NCBI GenBank assembly: GCA_003427395.1
Contig: BFEA01000017.1
Span: 3,539,838-3,603,837 of the forward strand
DNA length: 64,000 nucleotides
DNA from: Chara braunii
Taxonomy: Eukaryota; Plantae; Charophyceae
Direction: 5' to 3'
How positions within the stretch are numbered: position 1 is the stretch's first letter; every line of letters begins with the position of its first letter. Positions 12,380-24,372 of the stretch are shown here, piece by piece. The translations under genes and the position numbers were made by a program. The notes beneath the pieces were generated by a model. It did not search any database and was not told the DNA's origin. It saw only the letters and a list, made by a program, of their open reading frames with translations.

Positions 12380-13691
12380 ATGTGCTCAGTGGTGAAACTA
12401 AACTTGGATAGTTCGCGCCACCAGCGAGCCTGCCGAGAGGTGAGCTTCGGCTTAGTCAGAAAAGCCTAGAGTTGTCCGTGCGCATCGTGAATGGTGCCCC
12501 GTGCAGGTAGTGCCGCTAGTGCCGAGCGGCATAAACTACTGCGAGAACCTCACGTTCATCAGCAGTGTAGTTTATCTCGGTGGGCAGGAGCTGACGGGAG
12601 TAGAAGGCTATCGGACAATCACCTAAGCGAGACTCGATAGTGCCGTCCTCGGCGATGGTAGAAGAATAGTCAATAGAGGGCTCGTCAGTAGAGATGGGAG
12701 CCATGGAGATAGAGGGAGGATATGGCTCCAGAGGGATGAGCTCGGCGTCGGGACAGGGTGGATCATAGTGTAAGAGATCCGTCACGTCCACCATAAAGAA
12801 GGNGACGTCGTCCTGTNGAATGAAGTGAGNGAACTNCCGAGGCGAGGTGACAGTGATAGAGGGAGATGGTGTGGGCACTGAAGGCTCCGGGGGAGGAGGA
12901 TCGGGGCGTGGTGTCGCCGTGGTACCTATGAAAGGTACGCGATACGTCTCTCCACACTTCGTTTTGAGAACGAGAGTGTTGGTCGCCCAATCGGCCTCGG
13001 TGCTGCGGAACCGACGAGACCACGGAGTGCCGAGAATGAAGTCGTACCCCGTCTCCATCACATTGAAATGTGCAGAGGAGCGGTGGCGACGAGACGTCGG
13101 GGAACGATCAATTGGCTCGAGAGTGAGGAAGAAGGGGAGGTCGGTGACCGTCTGATCGAAGAAGCGCTGAGTCTTGTCATCCCCTAGAGTAACGGAGATG
13201 GGAGTCGGAGACCCTGTCATGGGTAAGCGGGCTTCCTTCACCACACGTGGGTGAATGAAGTCGCCCTGAGAACCGGAATCCCACAACGCTGAGTACACCC
13301 TCGTGGAGGTCCCAAGTCGTACGGGGATGATCGGGAGGGTGCGATCAGGGTCAGAGAGGATGGCGAGAAGGCGACGCAGTGCATCGACATGCAGGGTGAG
13401 TCGCTCCTGACGAGCCTGGAGCATGCTCAAGTCCAGAAGAGAGGACACAACGTCCTTGCGAGTAGCAAGCTGCTCGCTGCAACGGGCTGAGCGAATGGCT
13501 CGACGCGTCGGTAGTCGCGGCGGGGAAGGAGGGGAGACGGTGGTCTGCGGAGGCGCAGACGGTACTGCGACAGAGGGCTGAGAACACTCTGTCGAGTCCT
13601 GCGATACCTCAACTCCAGTAGCGAGAGGGGCGAACCGCGACAGAGATGTCGGGAAGCCCACTACTGAGGAGGGCGCAGGTGTACACTGCAC
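12380..13691 (-). pseudogene. Aspartic protease fused directly to the RNase H C-terminal part (RT missing)
   Basis: ALWDSGSQGDFI..DFILGTPW, then PIAFYSRQLLPTEINYTADEREVLAVVYAARH*RHYL. No YxDD region between them. Confidence 0.85.
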
Positions 13692-13696
13692 CGTGG

Positions 13697-15756
13697 CTAG
13701 GAGGCGCCGGGGGGGGACTGAGCACGGCGCTGACGAGAAAGGTCAGCGTAGTGGTGTTCGAGGGCGGTGGTGTAAGGGCACCGCGAGGAGGTATGACCGT
13801 CCAAGCGGCAGCGCAAACACCCACGCCGGCCTAGAATAGCCGCGCGCTCCTCAGGGGAAAGGACACCACGAGGAGGGACGAAGCCCTGAGGGAGGTCCTC
13901 CTGAGGGACCTCGGGGGGCGACGTGCCAGCGTGACCGGGGCGGCTGCGTGCTCGAGAGAGGGCAGAGAGCGCGAGCTGAAGGCGCTCAGCTGCAGGGAGG
14001 GTAGAGTCCTCCAAGTGATAGTGGACGGCCTCGCAGAGATCGAGGTCGTAGCTGTGGTCGCCCTCAGGTGACAGTGGGGCAACAGCGTCCTGCTCACCAT
14101 ACTCCAGCGCGTTGAAGCGGCGCGAGAAGTGGCGGCCCTGCTGCGTGGAACGGCGGGGGCGACCGCGGAACAGGGAACGGCGCTGGGAAGTGCCGTGAGA
14201 GGAGGAGGAGGCGTAGCCCGTGCGCTGGGGTTGGGAGGAGGAGGCGGGGTGAAGACGGGTTCGCATCCGCTGATGGTCCCTGGCGGCCTCGTAAGCCTGT
14301 GGGGCCGATGTGAACTCGTACCGCCATAGCTCGGAGCGGTACTCGAGCGGAAGGCTGACCAAGAAACGATCGATAAGGGCAGCCTCGGGGAGGAACGCCA
14401 CGTCGCAAACGAGGCGGGCGTCCTGAAAGACCTGGATGTGGCGATCCAGGCCAGCAGCGCCACCAAAGTCGGACCAGCGTGTAGTGACGACACGCACGAA
14501 GGCGTCAGTCACGTCGTATCGGGCTCCGAAGCGATCCTCGAGGAACACCTGGAAATCCACGAAGGTCGGAGTCCGATCCTCACGAAGGGAGTAGGCATAG
14601 AAATCCTCCCAGGCCTCGAAAGGACCGCCATGCAGGCACGTGGAGAGGTGACCCACCCACGTCTCGGGTGTGGCACCCATGAGCTGGAGTGTGCGGTGGC
14701 AGACTGCAGCCACCGAGACACGCGTATGCCTGTACCGTCATACAAGGCGATGTCCGACAAGCGGATGAGTGGTGCGCCACCGTTTTGGCGGCGAGGGGAT
14801 CGAGGAGCGGAGGCCTGTGCCACGGCTGAGTAAGTCGGCGCAGGTCCTGGGGAAAGGGGCGCAGCCGACTGTGCGCCCGGGCCACATGGGGGAGCGGCGG
14901 TGGCAACAGCGGCAGGTTGCGAGGGTGCTGCGGTAGAAGAGGTTGCAGCAACCGCGGGAGTAGGAAGAAGGTAGGAAGGAGTTGTATATGGTGCAGGGCG
15001 CGGAAAGCGAGCCTGCATGGGAGGAAGGGTAGAGGAGGCAGGGGATGCGGCCGAAGGCGCGGCCACCTGTGAGGGTGGGGGGTGGCTGAAGTCGTAAGAG
15101 GGCGAGGTCGGCCCGGAGCTGGGCAATCTCGTCCGCGAGACCCCGAACGTAGGTCGATCGAGGGGTGGCAGGAGGAAGAGTGGAGGGGGTGGACGCACAA
15201 GCAGTGGGGGCATCCCCGAGGGGGAAGAGCCAGGTGGCGCTGCGGTCGTGCGAAGGGGAGGGAGAAGCGGGGCACCCGGAAAAACTGAGACCATGGTAGC
15301 GGGTTGTTGTACCGTGGCCGTAGCGACCGGGATCTGTGCGGGTGCGCCCGTAGACTGAGGGGGGGCGTGGCTCGTGGCGGCCGTCGTGCTAGGGGCGTGG
15401 ACAGTCACCAAGATGGTCGGGTCAGGGGCAACGGAGGAGGAAGCTCCGCCGTGGCCACCCTGTCGGAGGACGGGGGACTCGGACTGGGATCCAGGAGATG
15501 ACGGACACGCAGCGTCCTGGAGTTGCTGCATGCCGGCGGCAAGGGTCACCACCTGCGCCTGTAAGAGCGCGAGGGCCGCAAGTTGCGTCTGGATGGGCGC
15601 AAGGGTCGCGAGTTGTGCGTGGATGGGCGCAAGGAGGGAGGTGAGGAGGGTGTGTAGATCCCCCTGGGGCTGATGGCCCTGGTCCGCCGGCACGGGTGTG
15701 GAGCCCGATGCAGTGGTCATCGCTGTGTCGGCGGCGTGTGACGCACCGTCGGCCAT
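13697..15756 (-). pseudogene. gag (Pro/Ser-rich N-terminus, capsid, CCHC knuckle); frameshift near 14710
   Basis: LYDGTG..SRWL then ..FLEDRFG.. in overlapping ORFs. Zinc knuckle CLRCRLDGHTSSRC. Confidence 0.85.
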
Positions 15757-17691
15757 GGGAAGATGACGGNNNNNNNNNNNNNNNNNNNNNNNNNNNNNNN
15801 NNNNNNNNNNNNNNNNNNNNNNNNNNNNNNNNNNNNNNNNNNNNNNNNNNNNNNNNNNNNNNNNNNNNNNNNNNNNNNNNNNNNNNNNNNNNNNNNNNNN
15901 NNNNNNNNNNNNNNNNNNNNNNNNNNNNNNNNNNNNNNNNNNNNNNNNNNNNNNNNNNNNNNNNNNNNNNNNNNNNNNNNNNNNNNNNNNNNNNNNNNNN
16001 NNNNNNNNNNNNNNNNNNNNNNNNNNNNNNNNNNNNNNNNNNNNNNNNNNNNNNNNNNNNNNNNNNNNNNNNNNNNNNNNNNNNNNNNNNNNNNNNNNNN
16101 NNNNNNNNNNNNNNNNNNNNNNNNNNNNNNNNNNNNNNNNNNNNNNNNNNNNNNNNNNNNNNNNNNNNNNNNNNNNNNNNNNNNNNNNNNNNNNNNNNNN
16201 NNNNNNNNNNNNNNNNNNNNNNNNNNNNNNNNNNNNNNNNNNNNNNNNNNNNNNNNNNNNNNNNNNNNNNNNNNNNNNNNNNNNNNNNNNNNNNNNNNNN
16301 NNNNNNNNNNNNNNNNNNNNNNNNNNNNNNNNNNNNNNNNNNNNNNNNNNNNNNNNNNNNNNNNNNNNNNNNNNNNNNNNNNNNNNNNNNNNNNNNNNNN
16401 NNNNNNNNNNNNNNNNNNNNNNNNNNNNNNNNNNNNNNNNNNNNNNNNNNNNNNNNNNNNNNNNNNNNNNNNNNNNNNNNNNNNNNNNNNNNNNNNNNNN
16501 NNNNNNNNNNNNNNNNNNNNNNNNNNNNNNNNNNNNNNNNNNNNNNNNNNNNNNNNNNNNNNNNNNNNNNNNNNNNNNNNNNNNNNNNNNNNNNNNNNNN
16601 NNNNNNNNNNNNNNNNNNNNNNNNNNNNNNNNNNNNNNNNNNNNNNNNNNNNNNNNNNNNNNNNNNNNNNNNNNNNNNNNNNNNNNNNNNNNNNNNNNNN
16701 NNNNNNNNNAGGTAGTTGGGGGAGAGGAGGGATGGGGAAAGGTGGACAGGGATCAAGAAAGAAGGAGAAAGAAGGAAAGAAAAGAAGAGATGAAAAAAAT
16801 AGAGTAAAAGAATGGGTGGTGGGAGAAAGGTGGGGTGAGGAAGATGAAAGGAGGAGAGAAAAGATGCAGTGGAAGGTGGGGGAAAGAGAAGGGGTGAGTA
16901 AGAGGAGAGTGGGTTAGTAGAGGGAGAGGGGAGAAGGGAGTGATACCTGGCCCTTGGTGTCTCCAAGGGCACAAGGTACACCAAGACCAGGAGGGTCTTG
17001 GTCTTTGCTGCAGCAGCCAGTTGGAGGAGAGAGGGAGGGGGCTGAGATCTTGATCAGCCCCCAGCAACACTTCTGCAGATGTCCAGATGTAGGGTCTGTT
17101 GTGTGAGCAGACCCTCTCCACTGTAGAGCAGCCCCCTAAGCAGGGTGGTCTTCAGTCCCACCACAGGCTGCCACGTGGCCGTGGAGATGGCCACGTGCAC
17201 AGGCAGCAGCAGCCGCAAAGGGGGGGGGGGGGGGGGTAAATAGCAACTTCGCTGCTGGGGGGAGGGTAAATAGCCAGCACGGGACCTCTTCAACACGAGT
17301 GTGCTGTGCTTCAAAGCCATGGACACACTGTGGCGAGTGTGTTATGAGGTTGCTTACGCACGTGCATGGCTCAGCAGATGCCTGGGTTCAAACCTTAGTG
17401 GCAGCAGTTGGATCTCGGATTTTGATAATATAAAATTCGGGAGCGGAGCGGGGCAGCGGGGCAACATGGGCGCGCGCGCACATGCCTTGGCCTTGGCGCT
17501 CGCGCGCACGTGTCGTGATGCAGCTTCCTTTTTCGCCACGTGGAGCGCACGCGTCGTGATGCAACACCTTTCTTCGTTGTTTTTTCCCACTTTTTCGGCC
17601 GAAAACGTTCGGAAAGCAGCCAAAAACCCGACTGTCGGGTTTTGCCGTATTTCCCTGCTGTGCGGTGTGGTGGGTGGGGGCGGGGACCGTT

Positions 17692-17706
17692 CCCGCTCCG
17701 ATACCA
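17692..17706 (-). promoter_or_regulatory. Primer-binding site, tRNA-iMet-like (TGGTATCGGAGCGGG)
   Basis: Lies 1 nt inside the 5' LTR. One mismatch to the canonical TGGTATCAGAGC. Confidence 0.8.
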
Positions 17707-17707
17707 A

Positions 17708-18006
17708 TGTAGCGGACCCACCAGGTGTGGTGCTCCGCTAGTGACACAGAGATGGATATGGAGGAAGAAGGGGGGGGGAGCGAGATGGCACAACGCAGCT
17801 CCCCACGCAAGACTCCAACGCACGTACTAGAATGAGACTGAAAACAGACAATGGCTGGGGTATACCCCAGCGGACTGACAGAAATGGACTGGACTGGCTG
17901 GTACCGACAGAGGTACCGGCCTGGACTGACCTACCCCGAATACAACACAGGGCTGTGAGAACAGGCCAAGGGGCTGGTCTCACAGGCCAACCCGAGGTCC
18001 GCTACA
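17708..18006 (-). repeat. 5' LTR (299 bp)
   Basis: TG..CA termini with an 11-bp terminal inverted repeat, followed by the PBS. Confidence 0.95.
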
Positions 18007-18011
18007 GGTTG

Positions 18012-20025
18012 GATCTTTATTGTCATCATTATCGTCATTGTCATCGCCGTCGTAATCATCATCATCATCACCATCATCACCATCATCTTCATCATCATCA
18101 TTGAGGTAAAGTGGCTATAGGAGGACAGGCTGGATCTTCATTGACATCGTTATCATCATTGTTATCGCCGTCGTCATCATCATAATCATCATCATCATCA
18201 TCTTCATTTTCATTATTTTTGAAGTAAGTTTGTTATTGTGCTTCTAATAATCAAATTGACCACTAATTTCATCATCTCAGTATCATCCCATTTACGAACC
18301 TAACTACTTTTCTATAACTAATATCTTAACTAAAGTCTCAAACACTCCTGATCTTTCTTCTCTTCGAAACCTCAATTTCTTGTCTAACTAACATAAATGG
18401 TATTTTTATATACCTAAAATTCCAGGTGAAGATCTCTAATTAATGTTTTTTTTTTTTTTTTAATCACGTTTATCTACTCTCAAGTCCTACTATCAATAAC
18501 TTAGTCATAAATTATTTGACTATTTGACTAACTCTTTCCTTATATGGAAGAGACATAAATGTTCCTTCCTACATTCGTAATTTTATCTGACATTTCATAA
18601 AAATAGGTTGAATTTGTGGTAAGGGATGGGGAGAGCCCTGCTCTGCAGGGGTTTCATTAGGAGGGGGGTGAAACCCTGGAGGGGGCACGGGCAGATTGTG
18701 AGGAATACTCTATTATGGGGTTGGGCTTTAAATCCCAGCGGGGGCAGACTAGGGTGAAGGGATAGACAGGGGAATGGAGGGAATGGAGGAAGGCAGGGAA
18801 AATTTTTCGAATCTTCTCATTATAATCATATTCATAATCATCATCATCATTATCATCATCCATGTTATATCATGCTTACTGGTGCTCGGTAATTCTTGGT
18901 GGCATCTGGCTTCCTTCCTCATTCGGGATATAGGATCTTAGAGATGGTCGAATCTAGGCCGATATCTACAGAGTTGCCTTGTTCCGGGCCCCTGGCTTTG
19001 CCGATGCCGAGCTGGGGCGTTGCCCTGTAATCTGCAATTGGCAGGAGTGTGCGGCCTTGTAGAGAGATCTGGGGATTTGCTGAGGGAGGAAGGCAATCCA
19101 GTGGCGAACCGGGGGGGCTGCCTTGACAACCTATGGGGTCAGGGATAATCTAGGTGGCGAGAACAGGTCAGCTACCGTTGACATTGGTAAGGAGGGTATT
19201 GTCTCTGAGATGTAATGTCTTGGTACAGGGAGGGCTAGGAGGTGTTCTAGGATTAGGAGGTCAGAAGTGCTGATAAAGCATAGTTTTCTACTTTTTCTAC
19301 ATACTAATCATCATCATCATCATCATCATCATTGTCTCAATCATGTTAAAAAAATAAAATAAAATAAAATCATCATAATCATCATCATCATCATCATCAT
19401 CATTAGTATCATCATCTCAATATGTTATATTAAGCTTTTTGGTGTTCTAAAATTTTTGGCAGCATCTAGACTTCTTCCACAATCGGGATATAGGATTTCA
19501 GAGATGGTTGAACCTGGACTGGTGTCTACAGAGTTGCTCTGTTCTGAGCCCCTGGTTTGCCGATGCCAGAACGACGCTGGCCGGAGCTGGGGCGTTGCCC
19601 TGTAACCTGCAAATGGCAGGAGTGTGAGGCCTTGTAGAGAAATCTGGGGTTTGCTGAGGGAGGAAGGCAATCCAATGGTGAACAGGGGGGGCAAAGGGAG
19701 CGAGAAGAGAACAGCCATGGTAGACGTTGGTTAGGTTGGTACTGTCTCTAAGTCACAATGTCCTGGTATAGGGAGGGCTAGGAGTTGTTCTAAGATTAGG
19801 AGGTCAGAATTGATGATATAGCATAGTCTCCTTTTTGCACTTATCTTCATTATCATTAGCATCATCATCAGCAGTATCACTATCATCATCATGATCATTA
19901 TCATCACCATATGAGGGACGCTGAGCCCGGTTCTCAGCAAGTTCGGTTCGGTTACTCCGGGCAGAATGTGAGGACCCCGGCCTCAATCTTCTTATTGGTA
20001 ATATCAGCCTTGGGCACTGGGCCCA

Positions 20026-20077
<52 letters not shown>

Positions 20078-20082
20078 AAAAA

Positions 20083-20085
<3 letters not shown>
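18012..20085 (+). mobile_element. 3' part of non-coding poly(A) retroposon copy B (2 internal units, terminal stem-loop, poly(A)); its 5' part may lie left of the gypsy insertion (~8070-9258)
   Basis: Units at ~18880-19300 and ~19430-19850 are homologous to array 1-3830. gggacGCTGAG-cccggtt-CTCAGC at 19915-19938. Poly(A) at 20028-20085. Confidence 0.7.
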
Positions 20086-20086
<1 letters not shown>

Positions 20087-20124
<38 letters not shown>

Positions 20125-20700
20125 CTCGCATTGATAATTTTATTAGTTTCTCTTTTTTCTCTCTACATTTTTTTTCTGTTAGACAGTTATTTCAAGTATG
20201 TGCACAGTTTTTCAAGTAGGTGCATAGTTTATTGAGGGATATCAGGGTAGGACTGGGTACTTTAATTAGTCTCCTGGGGCATGGTCCCACTAGCAACCGG
20301 ATAGGATAGAAAAGAGTTTGTGTGGCAGTTGAGTGACCCAAATCCTGCCGTGCAGTAGCCGTGATCCCACGGTCAGTGTTTTCCATGTATTACCCGAAAA
20401 AGTAAGGAGATCTTGGTTCCCCTCCTCCTCTCCTTAACACTGGGCATGCCGGTGCAAAGGAAGATTCCCGCCAAAATCTTTTCAATCCGTTGGGGGCATG
20501 GCCAACCCCAGGAAAAAACGTGTCGGCCATAGGCCCACTGGATAGAAGATTTTCAGTATTTTGCTTGCTGTTGTGCAATTATCTCATTGGGTGGAGCCCT
20601 CCTTCAATCACGGAGTATATGGGGAGTGTCAGGATCACTGCTGACAGAAGTCGAGTTTATTCCAGAAAATGTGGCAGTTACTTTCTGCACTGTTGTTGCA
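20087..20700 (-). pseudogene. Probable LINE ORF2 C-terminal fragment with poly(A) tail
   Basis: Poly(T) at 20087-20124. Decayed Cys-rich segment (..APACPV..) on the minus strand. Confidence 0.4.
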
Positions 20701-21166
20701 ACCACCACCATCAGATCATTTGTGATCTGATGGCTGGGAAGCACTCTGCTGTGATTTCAGGTGGGAGGTCTCTGTTTCTTTTTTTTTTTTTTGCCTTCCT
20801 CCTGTTTTCTCACCCCAGAAATTCGTAATGAACCTGTCATCCCCCTGCCACTCCGTGTCACACTGGATCGGCCAAACTCCTATCCGACTGCTAATGGGAC
20901 CACACCCCTGCTGCTTCCCTTTGTGGTTACCTTGAGAAAATGTGCCCGCATCTTTGTTTATAGTACTTTATACTTGCCAATGATGTATCAGGGTGACAGG
21001 GACCATGATGGAAAAAAAAAAAGAAAAAAAAAAAGATGGAGCCAGTTTCCAGCAGGTGTTGCTCCCCACCAACAGATGGAGCCTTTTATATCACCTTGGT
21101 AAGTGGCCGCCTCAGCCGCCTGCGTAGAGGTCCTCTCCCTTCCCCCCCCCCCNACCCCCCCACACA

Positions 21167-21204
<38 letters not shown>

Positions 21205-22121
21205 TTTCCTTGGAACAAAAAAGGATAACAGATTTTGATCCGGATTGGCTAGCCTGGGGGAAAAGGGCAGAAGATAGCATCAGTTGCTGAGAACAATCAT
21301 TTGGAGAGACGGGAAGCAAAATGAGAAGAACTCCAATTGGAAACACCTCAATTGGCGTACTATTCTTCCCCTTTTACTAAAGAATACCGTGTGGTGAGCA
21401 CACTAAGCAGCTTACGCAAATTTTTCACAGGTCCCTCGTTCCGTCGAGGGGCCCAAAAAGAAAAAACAAATATCAAGCTCTATCATTCAATCATTCAATC
21501 ATTGAACAAAATTGGGCTTCCTAAGAAAGCCATTATTTTTTTTCACATTTTAGTCTCCGCACGCACGATGTGCGACCATTGATGGTCCGCGGACATCCCC
21601 AGTTTGCGGTACCATCTGAATTTTCTTTACTTTAAAACCTTTTTAATTTTTATTTTGGACCCTCGGGCCTAAGATGCAATCTGGACCACAATACGTCCAG
21701 GTACATCAGATGGTGCAACGTCCTGGAGATGCTGGACCATCGATGGTCTTACTTCGTGGGGACGCAAAAATGCTAAAAAATGTGGAATCTTTTACGAAGC
21801 CCAATTTCTTTCAACAAAAAAAAACAAACTGTCAGTTTTAAATCACCATTACCTCCTAGCCTCTTTTTGGCAAGATGGAAAAAAACTGCGCACGCCACCC
21901 ATCTTGGTCCGGTAGCACAGTTCACCTGAAGAATGCGGGGCCTGGCTGCAGTACTCTCGAAATGTGCAAAACGATAGTGAATCTTCCTCTAGAATATGGA
22001 AAGATACACGGCCATGATTTTTGTCTTTTGTGGATGTCCAGAGTAGTGCAGCGAGACTCCCGTGGTGTAGACCATATAGGTGCTTCGAGTTTGCCTGTGA
22101 AAGGTAGCGGTGGCTTAAAGT

Positions 22122-23009
22122 TTAAACCACCACCACTACCTAAAGTCCTGGCCGTGTATTAGCTGACCGGCCGTGGGTTAAACGGGCCACTACTGGAGCG
22201 CCCAAATTCATCTGACGAGAAACGCTTCTACCCTATTTTTCCCCACGGCCGACGTATGGGCCAAGTACTTGTGGTTAGCTCAACTTAGCTTAGCTGGCCG
22301 TGGGCTGAACGAACGGGCCACTACGGGAACGGGCCACTACGGGAGCGCCCAAATTCATCTGGCTACCTTCCCCCGAACATAACGCACCCTGAAAGGGAAA
22401 GTATACAAGGTATGTTTCCAGCCAGATACAGTCAGAATGAGGTGTGTTGGGGGAAGACGGTAGAAGGGCTTCTACTCTATTTTTCCTCGCAGCCTATGTA
22501 TGGGCCACTAGGGGAGCGCCCAAATTCATCCAACTAGAAACGCTTCAGAATCTACTCTATCTTTCCCCGCGGCCGACGTATGGGCCAAGTACTGGTGGTT
22601 TGACGAAGTCGCGTAAGAGGGCCCAGACTCTTACAGGATGTAGACCTCAGCAGCAAAGAACAGGAAATAAAATCTCAGAGAAGTCGACATGGGGATGGTG
22701 GGTCAATACCAGCTGTACAGGACGCAGCTGTGCAGCTGGGCATCATCCTTGAGCCGTGCTCCTGGTTCTGCAATGATGTGTTCAAGCCTCTTTTTCTTTT
22801 CTTTTTTTTCTTTTTCTTTTTTTTTTAAACCGCTCCATCTATTGGTGGGATGTGTTCAAGCCTCAAGGCCTTCATTTTAGGAAATTTCTCTCACCATCAT
22901 CCTTGCGCCGGGCTCCTGGTTTGCCACTGCCGCTAGTTACTGTGCTTCATGGTTTAATTTTATCGTCGCGTTCGGGATGATATCCTGTCTACTTCTGTTT
23001 TCTTGCCAT

Positions 23010-23050
<41 letters not shown>

Positions 23051-23631
23051 CTTTCTCTTTTCTTGCATCCCTTTGTTGATTGTGACAATACTAACGACAG
23101 ATGCTGAGTTGACTTATTGTTGATGATTACGTTGCTGGAGTCGACGCTTCGACTGCTTCATTTTAGGAAATTTCTCTCACCATCATCCTTGCGCCGGGCT
23201 ACTGGTTCTACAATGATCTGTTAAAGGCCAGGCCCTTCATTTTGGGAATTTTCCTCACCGATGCTATAAGGAATTAAACCAGACTGAGTGGGAAGTTTTC
23301 TCACCATCCTTAGGCTAAGGAATAAATCACCAGCACTTGGCCCACTGCAGCTATTTTTTTTAAAGCTGGGCATCATCCTTGAGCTGGGCTCCTGGTTCTG
23401 CAACAATCGGTTCAAGGTCAAGGCCTTCATTTTGGGACGCTTCGCTCACCATCCAAAGGAATTGAACCACCATTCCTTGGGCCTTCTTTTTTTTTTTCAA
23501 GCTGGACAGCTTTCCAGGTTTGGGGCCGCCATTGATGAATTTCATAAACGGCCTGCCAAGCGGGGCCCAACCCCCCAAAAGTCATGGCGTCTTTCCGCAG
23601 CCATATGCTGGGCCAAGTACTGGTGGTTTAA
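22122..23631. repeat. Composite repeat bounded by aaaccacc..ggtggttt, with ~95-bp and ~65-bp internal imperfect repeats; related to MITE 6384-6537
   Basis: ttaaaccacc at 22122 and gtactggtggtttaa at ~23617-23631. Repeated gggccactac/ggagcgcccaaattcatc and catcatccttgagccgggctcctggtt units. Confidence 0.55.
22791..22848 (-). mobile_element. 58-bp extremely 5'-truncated retro-insertion (3' half of the pseudoknot motif plus A-tail)
   Basis: Minus strand reads cccaccaatagatggagcggttt(A-rich). Perfect 16-bp TSD gatgtgttcaagcctc at 22775-22790 and 22849-22864. Confidence 0.9.
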
Positions 23632-24273
23632 GGCCTCCAGTATGATCTTATGAAGAAAAGGAAACAGGATTGAGGGGGTCTATCAGGTATATGATGACGG
23701 GGTCTACCCATGCATGGCTTCGCTCTAGGGTAGGGTACTAGGGATATAAGTCGCTCCGGTGAGTCTGAGTTCCGCCTAGCCCTGGATAACTTGAAGTTAG
23801 GGGAAGGACGGTCGGATGTGTCCGTGGGGCGCCGGATTGCCTTGCTTAGGTACTCCTGCTGGGTAGACTCTCCGAATTATTGGGACTGTAGAAGATTGCA
23901 TGAGCCTGGCGTCCGAAGTGCCCGTACTGCAAGGTTCGTCCGCTTCCGCTTTCACTAGGGCTGGGGGGTTGGCCCAGCCTTGGTGCTTGTCACTGCAGCT
24001 GTCTGTTCCAAGTTGCCCTCCATACTGGTAGGGTGATGGTCCTGAGTGCTGGTCACACTGAGGTAGGATAGTAGGGACCGGGTGCGCTGGCTGGGAGTAA
24101 TAACTTGGGGATGGGTGGGGTAGGTGGCCTAGTATCCTGTCAGGACAACTATTGGCTGCCGCTGCCAGCAATCACGGAGGGTCAGGTCCTTGGCCTTTAC
24201 AACACCCTGGGCTTTAAAAACAAAAAAAAAGAGAAACAAAAAAGAGAGAGAAAAAAAAAGAAGAGAGGATCTT

Positions 24274-24371
24274 AGCTACTTTGGGACATCCGTTACAATT
24301 GGAATGATACAGAGAATATTATCATGGGCCCTGCACAAGGATGACACACATGAATCGAGAAACAGTCCAAA
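24274..24371 (+). pseudogene. U6: U6 snRNA retropseudogene (diverged, near full length)
   Basis: gggacatccgttacaattggaatgatacagagaatattatcatgggccctgcacaaggatgacacacatgaatcgagaaacagtccaaa aligns to plant U6 including the ACAGAGA box. No USE/TATA seen upstream. Confidence 0.9.
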
Positions 24372-24372
24372 G

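Larger units (their letters stand above)
9264..18006 (-). mobile_element. Ty3/gypsy chromovirus LTR retrotransposon, RT-deleted (non-autonomous)
   Basis: Two LTRs with TGTAGCGGACC..GGTCCGCTACA termini. TSD GGTTG at 9259-9263 and 18007-18011. Order gag-PR-(RH remnant)-IN-chromodomain. Contains two N gaps. Confidence 0.95.

Noticed and set aside
9830-16709. Long ORFs spanning N-runs (also 48562-49226)
   Set aside because: Assembly gaps translated as X.
22140-23460. CRISPR-like repeat/spacer pattern
   Set aside because: Eukaryotic context, degenerate and irregular repeats, no unique spacers and no cas genes.
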